From contig JAPLME010000007.1 in NCBI GenBank assembly GCA_026387175.1, positions 128,487-192,486 on the forward strand: 64,000 nucleotides of DNA, in the 5' to 3' direction. A model generated the notes under the pieces. The model had not been told where the DNA came from and ran no database searches. It saw only the letters and a list, made by a program, of their open reading frames with translations. This DNA is from Candidatus Omnitrophota bacterium (lineage in GTDB: Bacteria; Omnitrophota; Gorgyraeia; 2-01-FULL-45-10). The translations under genes were made by a program, and so were the position numbers. This document shows positions 37,813 to 45,647 of this stretch, piece by piece; position 1 is the stretch's first letter; every line of letters begins with the position of its first letter.

Positions 37813-40434
37813 TTAGGGATTCTTGTCCGGCGAAATCACTACTTCCACGCTCTTCCCGAGGTCAAGATATTTATCAAGGACTCTCCTGACATCCTCTTTG
37901 GTCACCTTATCGACCTCTGTCTCATATTTGTAAAGATTATCATAGCCTAAACCGCGAAGTTCTTCCACCGCAAAATTAAACGTGAAAAATCCGTTCGATT
38001 GCATTGCCATCTGATGACGGGAGGAGAGCTCCCTCTTGGCACGGCGAAGCTCGTCATCCGTTATACCGGACGACTTCACCTTGCGCAATTCTTCGATTAA
38101 CGCTTTTTTAACGGCGGGCAATTTATCTTTTGTGGTAGCGACATAAAACGCGAAGATCCCTTCATCGGTCCAGTAATCCTGCCAGCATCCGAGCGTGTAA
38201 GCAAGGGAAAGCTTATTGCGCAAGTTCTCGAATAGCCTTCCCGAATATCCGGACATGACGGCGCCCAGGACTTCCAGCGGGTATCTGTCAGGGCTTTTTC
38301 TGGAGACGGCCTTAAAGCCCAGCGCGATAAGGCTCTGCTCCTTATCCATGGCGATCGAAACCGTCTTTGCTTTATCGATGGCCGTCTCGCCTGCCGAAGG
38401 AATGGACAGCTCTTTGCTCTTGAGATCCGAGAAGAGTCCTTTTAATTTACTTATCGTCTTTTCGGCATCGACGTCGCCCGATATGGCGATAACCATATTA
38501 TTAGGCAGGTAATATTTTTTGTAGAATTCCGCCGCATCCTCAGGTTTTAAAGAGCTTACGGATTCAATCCGGCCTATGCCGCGAAGCCCGTAAGGAGAGC
38601 CGGCGAAAAGCTCCTTCTTCAGGGCATTCATACCGACTTCAAAGATATCATCGTCCTCTGCTTTTATCGACGCTATAATGAAAGATTTGCTTTTTTCGAA
38701 TTCCCGCTCGGAGAAATTCGCGTTCACCAAAACATCTTTCAGTATCTCCAGCGCCATATCCAGATCGGGTTTAAGCACGGATATGCTGACACCGAAAGTA
38801 TTGACGCCGCTGAAAGAGTCAATCTCTCCACCCAGCTCCTGTAACACGCCTTTTATCTTGCCGCTGTCGGGCCTGGTATATGTGCCCCGCAGGATCATAT
38901 CCGCCGTGATATTGGATATTCCGTTATCCTCTTTAGTCTCCGCCGTTAACGCACCAAGCATTGCCGCCGTTATCGTGACGGATGGTATCTTCTTGTCTTC
39001 CCGCACGAAAAGTTTAAGGCCGTTCGGGAGCAACGCCTCTTTTACCGTATTCCGGACATTTGGCCTTTCAATAAAATTCTTTTGCTCTTTTTTGCCCGGA
39101 GGCAAAATCCTAACTGTGGTAAGATTATCGGCGCGAAGGTACTTATTCGCGACGGCCTTTATATCTTCTTTTTTTACGGCATTTATACCTTCGACGTAGC
39201 GCCTGGAGAAGCCTTCGGAGCCTGTCAGCATGTAGCTTGTGGATATATCATTGGCCTGAGCTTCTATGGTCTCAAGGATCGATATGTAATCGGCCAGCAA
39301 CATGCGTTTAGCGGAATTGAGCTCCTCATCCCGCACGAGGCCGGCGCGCAAGATGCCCAGTTCTTCCATTATAGACTTTTCGGTTTCACCCAGCTTGTTT
39401 TCATCAAGTACTACCGTTATCACGAATAATCCGGGATCCCTTGGCGTGTAATTCGACGCACTTACGGTATAGACCAGGGCCTTGTTTTTATACAATGAAG
39501 TATTGAGCCTCGAGTTATCCCCCTGCCCAAGGATCTTTGATAAGACATCCATGGCGAACAGATCTTCGCTTAAAATACTTGTTGAATGGAAGCCCATGGC
39601 AAGATACGCGAGGTTCGTCTCTATGCGCTCATCCGCGCTTCGGGACTGAATCTGCGCCGGTTCAATGCTTATCAGGTCCGAAACGCTGTAATCCGCGCGC
39701 CTGAAGTCCTCGAACTCCTTTTCGACCTGAGAGATCGCTGCGGACTCATCGATGCCTCCTGCCACCGTCACTATCATCCTGTTCGGCACGTATCTGGTTT
39801 TATAATATTTCACTATGTCGCCTGCAGTGAGAGCTTTCAGGTTCTTTTCGTAACCTATAGTTGGAAATTTATATGTGTGGCTCAAGTAAGCCTTCTCGTT
39901 CAAAAGCCGCATCAGCCGCCCATGGGGCTCGTCCTTGTCCATCCGTATCTCTTTCAGGATAACTTCTTTTTCCCTTGTGAGTTCGGCGGGGTCCATCTTC
40001 GCGTTAAGGAGCATATCCTTAAGGACGGCCAGGGCCTGGGGAAGATATTTTGACGGTAAGACTATATAGAAATCCGTGGCGTCATTGGAGGTGGAACCGT
40101 TTATTATACCGCCGTAGGATTTAATCTCTTTTTCAATGTCGCCTACGCCCCTGGAAGCAGTTCCCCTGAAGAGCATATGCTCCACAAGATGTGAAATTCC
40201 CGAACCTAGATATTCGCCTTCAATGCTCGAGCCTGCTTTCACCTTCACATCTATCGCGACCAGGTCCTGTGGAAGCGAATATTTGGCTAAAACAGTGAGG
40301 CCGTTATCTAAGGTTATCTTAGAAACGGCCTCATCAGGAAGGACTATTGCATCTTGTGAAGCGCCGTAGGCGGCAGATGCTATAAATGAAAGAAATATCA
40401 GTGCCAGGTTTATTCTTTTAATTATTTCTTCCAC
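37813..40434 (-). CDS. Secreted two-unit M16 family zinc peptidase
   Basis: Signal peptide. HxxEH inverzincin motif (HLVEHMLFRG) in first unit, second inactive M16 unit. GTG start overlaps the last codons of rpsU. Confidence 0.8.
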   Translation of the reverse strand: MEEIIKRINLALIFLSFIASAAYGASQDAIVLPDEAVSKITLDNGLTVLAKYSLPQDLVAIDVKVKAGSSIEGEYLGSGISHLVEHMLFRGTASRGVGDIEKEIKSYGGIINGSTSNDATDFYIVLPSKYLPQALAVLKDMLLNAKMDPAELTREKEVILKEIRMDKDEPHGRLMRLLNEKAYLSHTYKFPTIGYEKNLKALTAGDIVKYYKTRYVPNRMIVTVAGGIDESAAISQVEKEFEDFRRADYSVSDLISIEPAQIQSRSADERIETNLAYLAMGFHSTSILSEDLFAMDVLSKILGQGDNSRLNTSLYKNKALVYTVSASNYTPRDPGLFVITVVLDENKLGETEKSIMEELGILRAGLVRDEELNSAKRMLLADYISILETIEAQANDISTSYMLTGSEGFSRRYVEGINAVKKEDIKAVANKYLRADNLTTVRILPPGKKEQKNFIERPNVRNTVKEALLPNGLKLFVREDKKIPSVTITAAMLGALTAETKEDNGISNITADMILRGTYTRPDSGKIKGVLQELGGEIDSFSGVNTFGVSISVLKPDLDMALEILKDVLVNANFSEREFEKSKSFIIASIKAEDDDIFEVGMNALKKELFAGSPYGLRGIGRIESVSSLKPEDAAEFYKKYYLPNNMVIAISGDVDAEKTISKLKGLFSDLKSKELSIPSAGETAIDKAKTVSIAMDKEQSLIALGFKAVSRKSPDRYPLEVLGAVMSGYSGRLFENLRNKLSLAYTLGCWQDYWTDEGIFAFYVATTKDKLPAVKKALIEELRKVKSSGITDDELRRAKRELSSRHQMAMQSNGFFTFNFAVEELRGLGYDNLYKYETEVDKVTKEDVRRVLDKYLDLGKSVEVVISPDKNP

Positions 40435-40589
40435 GCCATTTTTCTCTTGCGCCGCTTCTGCTCGCTCGGCTTCTCGTAATGCTTTCTAGCCTTAAGCGTC
40501 TTAAGAGTTCCCTCTATCTCCATCTTTTTTTTGAATCGTCTAAGCGCCTTTTCAATAGGCTCATTCTCACCAACGGTGATCTTAGGCAT
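40422..40589 (-). CDS. rpsU: 30S ribosomal protein S21
   Basis: 55-aa ORF below the track's size cut-off: MPKITVGENEPIEKALRRFKKKMEIEGTLKTLKARKHYEKPSEQKRRKRKMAWKK. Matches bS21 (ENE.IE.ALRRFK ... YEKPS ... RKRK). Confidence 0.8.
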   Translation of the reverse strand: MPKITVGENEPIEKALRRFKKKMEIEGTLKTLKARKHYEKPSEQKRRKRKMAWKK

Positions 40590-40621
40590 CTTTTATCTCA
40601 CCCCTTTGCATGATTTTCCAT

Positions 40622-40650
40622 ATCTTATCAGCCGCTCTACCTGTTGTCAA
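40622..40650 (-). promoter_or_regulatory. Sigma70-like promoter (TTGACA-N17-TAAGAT) for rpsU
   Basis: Perfect -35 overlapping the stop of the NYN gene. AGGGGTGA SD before the rpsU ATG. Confidence 0.35.
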
Positions 40651-41033
40651 GGTCTAACTAATTTATCCCAGAACGCTTCGCATTTCAGCGGCGTGGCAAA
40701 ATAGCTCTTCGCATGATAATATATATCGTTGTCCGACGATACGACCCTTATATTGCGCCTCTGCCGGTCAGGGGTATCCTCTATATACTTTTTTATATAA
40801 TTATCTGCGTCTCTTGAGGCCACTATTCTTAGTTTCGGCGTGCTCGTGTAGCGTATATCGAGATATTCATTTGTGCTGTCAAATACCAGCACAATGGGAT
40901 CGTTATGGGTTTCCTGAAACTCGCTTAGATATGATATGAGTGCCTGGGCGGATTCGAGAGAATCCGCGCCGTCATCTCTTATTCTGGACCTGCGGTTTCG
41001 TATTAAATTCCACCCATCTATTATAATCGGCAC
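40647..41033 (-). CDS. NYN/PIN-like domain protein (YacP/Rae1-like)
   Basis: IIDGWNLI start and acidic residues (DSTNE, SSDND) typical of LabA/NYN nucleases. Confidence 0.55.
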   Translation of the reverse strand: MPIIIDGWNLIRNRRSRIRDDGADSLESAQALISYLSEFQETHNDPIVLVFDSTNEYLDIRYTSTPKLRIVASRDADNYIKKYIEDTPDRQRRNIRVVSSDNDIYYHAKSYFATPLKCEAFWDKLVRP

Positions 41034-41036
41034 GGT

Positions 41037-41291
41037 TTACTTTAAAGCAGCTTGTAAATTCTGCATCTCCCTCAACAATATCTGATACAACTCTATGGAA
41101 GATTTAAGGGCCCATAACGTAAAAATAATTGTTAGCGCGGTAAGGACTATCTTTTGCCAACTTTTGAAGGCAGGGCTGATCCAGACCATAGGTATAGCGA
41201 ATGGCCCGATGCCGATTATCGCTATCAATATTACCGCGGGTTTCAGATACCACTTAACCGTCTTTTTATCAAGCTGGACATCCGGCGCCAT
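41037..41291 (-). CDS. Small membrane protein
   Basis: Two predicted TM helices. 84 aa. Confidence 0.35.
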   Translation of the reverse strand: MAPDVQLDKKTVKWYLKPAVILIAIIGIGPFAIPMVWISPAFKSWQKIVLTALTIIFTLWALKSSIELYQILLREMQNLQAALK

Positions 41292-42474
41292 AAAGGCCTT
41301 TCGTGTATGACTTCTGTTCTTTCAATGCCAGGGCTATGTCTTTTTCCGCCGTAAACCCTAGCTGCGTCAATATATCACCCAGGAGCATTCCTCGTCTCCA
41401 ATGGGTCGTAAGGGCCTCGTCCAGTTTTTCGGCTGTTATCATCTTCCGGTCCAGCAGGATCTGCCCGAGAGGCTTGTAAGTATAACCCTCACCGGTATCC
41501 GGCTTAAAGACATGCGGCGAGCGGCGGGCCTCCTTAGGACCGGTGCGCCTGTCGGCCATGTATTTTGATCCCGTAAGGGCCTTGAGATAGCGTTTCACTT
41601 CCGCTATCTTTTCATTTATCTCTATTACATTCTTAAATTTTTCATCTTCGCCGCTGTTCACCACAGCTATCGACACGCTGACCAGAGGTATGTTCTTTAT
41701 CTTATGGTCTCTGGCTCGCGCAACTACATAGCCGCGGGAACGGTCTTCTTTATTATAGTGGAACGGCATTACCATATTGAATGCCGCGATGAAGTTCTGG
41801 CATATCGCGGCATGTTTATCGGGAGTGGTGATAAACGCGAAGTCATCCCCTCCTATGTGCCCTATAAAATCGCCGCTATTACCGAACTTCAGTATTGTCG
41901 TGTAGAGCATATAGGCCGTTTGCATTATGACACGGTCACCCTGCAGATAGCCGTACATATCGTTGAAATATTTAAAATTGTCCAGATCCAGATATCCGAA
42001 GGAAAAGGCCTTACCGTCCTTTAGCCTGTCGCGCAGGTTTTCTTCGATGAGCCTTCCGCCCGGGAGCCCTGTAAGAGGCATTGAATAGAAGCTGTATTGC
42101 AGGCGTTTTATTGCCATCTCGACGCGCACCCTCAGATCAAGTGGATCCGGAGGCTTTATCAGGTAATCGTCCACCCCCTGTTTGATGCTCAAGAGATGCC
42201 CGCGAAGCTGTCTTTTATTGATAAGGGTTATTACCGGAATGTAGGCCGTAATGAAATCGCTTTTAAGGAGCCCGCATATCTCCAGATCCATATGCTTTGC
42301 CGCGTGAACATCGATCACTATGACGTTAGGCGAGATCTTTTTTATAGGCGTGACATCATGTACCATCGTTTCGAAAAGGATAACCTGATACCCCCATCCG
42401 TCGAAGCAGAATCTCAACACTTCGCGCAAATTTTTATCGGATGATATTATCAGGATCTTTTTCGGCTGGTCCAT
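41269..42474 (-). CDS. Response regulator receiver - GGDEF(GGDDF) - MshEN (T2SSE_N-like c-di-GMP binding) domain protein
   Basis: REC domain with phospho-acceptor Asp (VIVIDV). GGDEF domain whose signature reads GGDDF. C-terminal LGQILLDRKMITAEKLDEAL...GMLLGDILTQLGF resembles the MshE N-terminal c-di-GMP-binding domain. Confidence 0.7.
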   Translation of the reverse strand: MDQPKKILIISSDKNLREVLRFCFDGWGYQVILFETMVHDVTPIKKISPNVIVIDVHAAKHMDLEICGLLKSDFITAYIPVITLINKRQLRGHLLSIKQGVDDYLIKPPDPLDLRVRVEMAIKRLQYSFYSMPLTGLPGGRLIEENLRDRLKDGKAFSFGYLDLDNFKYFNDMYGYLQGDRVIMQTAYMLYTTILKFGNSGDFIGHIGGDDFAFITTPDKHAAICQNFIAAFNMVMPFHYNKEDRSRGYVVARARDHKIKNIPLVSVSIAVVNSGEDEKFKNVIEINEKIAEVKRYLKALTGSKYMADRRTGPKEARRSPHVFKPDTGEGYTYKPLGQILLDRKMITAEKLDEALTTHWRRGMLLGDILTQLGFTAEKDIALALKEQKSYTKGLYGAGCPA

Positions 42475-42497
42475 CTCTTCCTCTCGCGAAATCCGCT

Positions 42498-43055
42498 CTA
42501 AAACTTAACCTCCGGCACGGCCTTTGCTTTATCTTCCGCCCTGAAGTACTGATTGGCCGGCTTATACCCGAAGATCCCGGCTACGACATTTCCGGGAAAT
42601 CGCCGGACGGTTATATTGAAGTCCATGACGGCTTCATTAAATCTCATCCGTTCTACTGCTATGCGGTTCTCGGTGCCCGATAGCTCGTCCATCAATTTGA
42701 GGAACGTTCCATCCGCCTTAAGCTGCGGATAATTTTCAGCTACAGCGATGAGCCTGCCCAGGGCCATATCCATACTTGACGCCGCATTCACTTTATCATT
42801 CAGAGTACTGGCGCCTGCCCACTGCGAACGCGCCTTTGTTACATCCTCGAAAAGAGTCTTTTCGTGCGCGGCATAACCTTTAACGCTATTAACGAGATTC
42901 GGTATCAGGTCGTTACGCCTCTGGAGCTGGTTCTCGACCTGCGCCCATTTAGCCGTTATGTTTTCATTCTTGGAAACAATGCTATTGTAAACACCTGCAA
43001 ATGATACCGCGATCACTACCGCGATGATTCCTAACGCCACCAAAAAATTTTTCAT
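42498..43055 (-). CDS. LemA family protein
   Basis: N-terminal TM plus LemA core (YNSIVSKNENITAKWAQVENQLQRRNDLIPNLV). Confidence 0.8.
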   Translation of the reverse strand: MKNFLVALGIIAVVIAVSFAGVYNSIVSKNENITAKWAQVENQLQRRNDLIPNLVNSVKGYAAHEKTLFEDVTKARSQWAGASTLNDKVNAASSMDMALGRLIAVAENYPQLKADGTFLKLMDELSGTENRIAVERMRFNEAVMDFNITVRRFPGNVVAGIFGYKPANQYFRAEDKAKAVPEVKF

Positions 43056-43062
43056 TTCATCT

Positions 43063-43118
43063 CTCCTAGTTTATTAAGCCCTATAGCAGGCTGAGTGCCG
43101 ATATCCCTGATATCGGCC
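43063..43118 (-). repeat. Repeated leader element, copy 4 (hairpin 43097-43117)
   Basis: Full element with AGGAG SD 8 nt before the LemA ATG. Confidence 0.85.
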
Positions 43119-43170
43119 TAGTTTATTCAGCCATATTGTATGCTAAGTGCCGATATCCCTGATATCGGCC
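43118..43170 (-). repeat. Repeated leader element, copy 5 (tandem, hairpin 43149-43169)
   Basis: Directly abuts copy 4. SD is degraded to AGGCC. Confidence 0.85.
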
Positions 43171-43193
43171 TTATGTTTTACCCTTCGCCGAAA

Positions 43194-44105
43194 TTAAAAT
43201 CCTCCACCGGCCCCTCCGCCTCCTCCGAATCCTCCGCCGAATCCTCCGCCTCCTCCGAATCCTCCGCCGCCTGTGCCCCAGCCCCCTGAAGTGGAAGTCC
43301 ATGTGCCGCCAAAGAGTTGAGGCCCGAAGAAATCGCGACGTTTTTTGCCCGGGAGCTTCCGCCAGTAAACATACCTTACCGCCATAGAAGCAATGTAAGC
43401 GACAACTATCGAAAGTCCGGTAATCTGATTAAAATTATACAGTGCTACGGCGAATATCATGGTGAACGGCAGACTGATGATAATAGGCCATGGGATGCTC
43501 CAGATAAAGAAAAATAGCGGAATTCCCGCGTATAATACTATATTGCCCAGAAGAGAGCCGGAGGTGAGCAGTCCGCGGTTAAGGCTGACTCCCTTTAAGG
43601 TATCAAGCGCGATATTCGAATTCCGAGATATAATATCCGCTATTGCCGCTGTCCCGTTGTAAAGGCCTTCAGCGTACTTTCCCTGTTTAAAAAGAGGCAC
43701 CATGTAGCTGCGGCCTATCTCACCGCATTTTCCATCCGGCAGGATTCCCTCCAGGCCATAACCGGTCTCTATTCGCCAGCGCCTCTCCTTGACCGCGAGA
43801 AGTATCAGAACGCCGTTATCCTTACTTTTTTTCCCTATCTTCCAATTATCAAAGAGAAGCCTCGCGTAGCTGATCTCATCATACGGAGCGATCGATTCCA
43901 TCGCGACCACTGCTATCTCCGCCGATGTCCTTGCCTCCACCTCCGCTATTAGAGTCTGCAATTTCTGGCGATATTCGGGCGATATGACGTTAGCGTAGTC
44001 GTTTATCCACCCTTCGGGTTTTGGCACAGCCTCAACCCCCTGCGCAGGGCACGCAAAAAATAATAACGCGAATAAAACGGCAACAGCAAACGTCTTCTTA
44101 ATCAT
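43194..44105 (-). CDS. TPM domain protein (TLP18.3/Psb32/MOLO-1 family) with Gly-rich C-terminal tail
   Basis: Signal peptide, TPM phosphatase-like domain, TM segments, (GGGF)n tail. Conserved LemA-TPM gene pair. Confidence 0.7.
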   Translation of the reverse strand: MIKKTFAVAVLFALLFFACPAQGVEAVPKPEGWINDYANVISPEYRQKLQTLIAEVEARTSAEIAVVAMESIAPYDEISYARLLFDNWKIGKKSKDNGVLILLAVKERRWRIETGYGLEGILPDGKCGEIGRSYMVPLFKQGKYAEGLYNGTAAIADIISRNSNIALDTLKGVSLNRGLLTSGSLLGNIVLYAGIPLFFFIWSIPWPIIISLPFTMIFAVALYNFNQITGLSIVVAYIASMAVRYVYWRKLPGKKRRDFFGPQLFGGTWTSTSGGWGTGGGGFGGGGGFGGGFGGGGGAGGGF

Positions 44106-44836
44106 TATAGTTTATCTACCACCGAAACAATCGATTCAAGTTCTTTTACTAAACCGGACAGGAGCGCATCCACATCTTTATAAGCAAGCGACATCTTCTT
44201 ATTCTTCGCCCAGAGTATCTTGCTTAACATTGCCGTATCAACGCCGAGCGCTTTTTCAGCGGAATTCAGTATTTCCTCTTTTAGGTATGGAGGATGGATC
44301 CCCTTAAGCCTGAGAATGTTGCGCATTATATGAAGCGCCGAGGTGAAAGTCTTGAATAATAGATTCTCCAGATCTGTCTTGTTTTTTGTAGAGAGGTATA
44401 ACTTCTTTATGTTTATAAGTTTGGACTTGAGTTCCTGTTCGCATTGGAAGCGCAGATTCTTGTTATCTACCTTAAGGCCCTTTATCAGGTCTCTTCCATA
44501 CAGGATCGTATAGTTTTCCGTGATGTCCAGAAATTCTATCGGAAAGACATCGAGAGAGCTCTTAATATATCCCTCGGTAAAGAATACAGGGCTTATCATC
44601 TTGAACTTGCGGGAATTAATTATTGAGTACGCTTTAGAAAGGTTGGCCAAAGATGTGTCGTCTAAGACCACCATGACATTGACGTTCGAATATTTTTTAG
44701 CGAACTCGCCGCTTGAAGCGCTTCCATAAAGAATGACCGAGATGAGGGTATCCCGGTATAAATCTTTCAATCCGGCCGTGAAATTTTTCAGACGAGCTCT
44801 TAGCTCCTCCGGTAGATTTAGGTCATCCATGGGCAT
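44105..44836 (-). CDS. Nucleotidyltransferase-fold domain protein (possibly degenerate)
   Basis: LYGSASSGEF...NVNVMVVLDD resembles the minimal Pol-beta-type NTase GS...D.D motif. Likely start is the second ATG (44830), 6 nt after the AGGAG of leader copy 6. Confidence 0.45.
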   Translation of the reverse strand: MPMDDLNLPEELRARLKNFTAGLKDLYRDTLISVILYGSASSGEFAKKYSNVNVMVVLDDTSLANLSKAYSIINSRKFKMISPVFFTEGYIKSSLDVFPIEFLDITENYTILYGRDLIKGLKVDNKNLRFQCEQELKSKLINIKKLYLSTKNKTDLENLLFKTFTSALHIMRNILRLKGIHPPYLKEEILNSAEKALGVDTAMLSKILWAKNKKMSLAYKDVDALLSGLVKELESIVSVVDKL

Positions 44837-44892
44837 CTCCTAGTTTATTCAGCCATACTGTATGCTAAGTGCCGATATCCCTGATATCGGCC
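44837..44892 (-). repeat. Repeated leader element, copy 6 (hairpin 44871-44891)
   Basis: Same consensus immediately upstream of 44105..44836. Confidence 0.85.
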
Positions 44893-44907
44893 TCCGTAGT
44901 GTTTTTA

Positions 44908-45561
44908 TCAGCTGATCTCAGATTCAATTTTCACAATGATACTGGATATATCCTTGATCACCGCGGCCGGAAGCATCTTGGATATCTCCAGGTCCCTCTT
45001 CAGAGCCTTTAAGGTGGCCAGCGATCTCTTCAGCGTGGACAGCCTCTTCTGTATGCGGGCCTCATCCGGATCCATCTCCTCCCGCTGTTTTATGATGCTG
45101 GTCAGGCTTCTTCGGACCTCGCTGGCATCTTTGCCGTGTGCGAAGACATCTTTCTTTAAGGCGGCGTAATCGACTCCGTCAAGCTTCTTCTTATCTTTGG
45201 CAAGACGCAATAGATTTACTGATTCGTAACTTGGCACAGAGCTTGCATTCACCGGATCGGAATTTTCTTTCTGCAGATATATGGGCTCTTCTTTTTCTAA
45301 AAAATAATAACTTTTGAGAAGCTTCATAGCCGTGGCTTTCTTTATGCCGATCTCTTTGCCGGTATAGGCCTCGAAAGTCATGTATCCCCACTCTTTATAG
45401 AGCTTGTCTTTCCAGGCGGCATATAGGGACTGGCCCAGATCCATCCATGATGTCTTAAAGTTCTTAGCGCTTTGAAGTATCCGGTATCTTACAGAGCTTT
45501 TATCGATGCCTTCCATCTTGCTGCTAATGCTTTCAAGCGATTTTGTTGTAAGTTTTGTCAT
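44908..45561 (-). CDS. Hypothetical protein
   Basis: 217 aa, coiled-coil C-terminus, no recognisable motif. Confidence 0.4.
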   Translation of the reverse strand: MTKLTTKSLESISSKMEGIDKSSVRYRILQSAKNFKTSWMDLGQSLYAAWKDKLYKEWGYMTFEAYTGKEIGIKKATAMKLLKSYYFLEKEEPIYLQKENSDPVNASSVPSYESVNLLRLAKDKKKLDGVDYAALKKDVFAHGKDASEVRRSLTSIIKQREEMDPDEARIQKRLSTLKRSLATLKALKRDLEISKMLPAAVIKDISSIIVKIESEIS

Positions 45562-45611
45562 ACGGCCATTATATCCTAAAAATTGGACTTTTTAAACTAA
45601 TTTGATAGATA

Positions 45612-45640
45612 TTGACATATTCGAGACCCTGACTTATCAT
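45612..45640 (+). promoter_or_regulatory. Sigma70 promoter (TTGACA-N17-TATCAT) for plsC
   Basis: Consensus -35 with 5/6 -10. Predicted TSS coincides with ATG 45648. Confidence 0.5.
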
Positions 45641-45647
45641 GTGTAAC

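Noticed and set aside
43194-43290. Short tandem nucleotide repeats (CCTCCGCC / GAATCCTCCGCC) that could be mistaken for a repeat array
   Set aside because: They are in-frame and encode the (GGGF)n glycine-rich tail of the TPM-domain protein. No spacers, not CRISPR-like.
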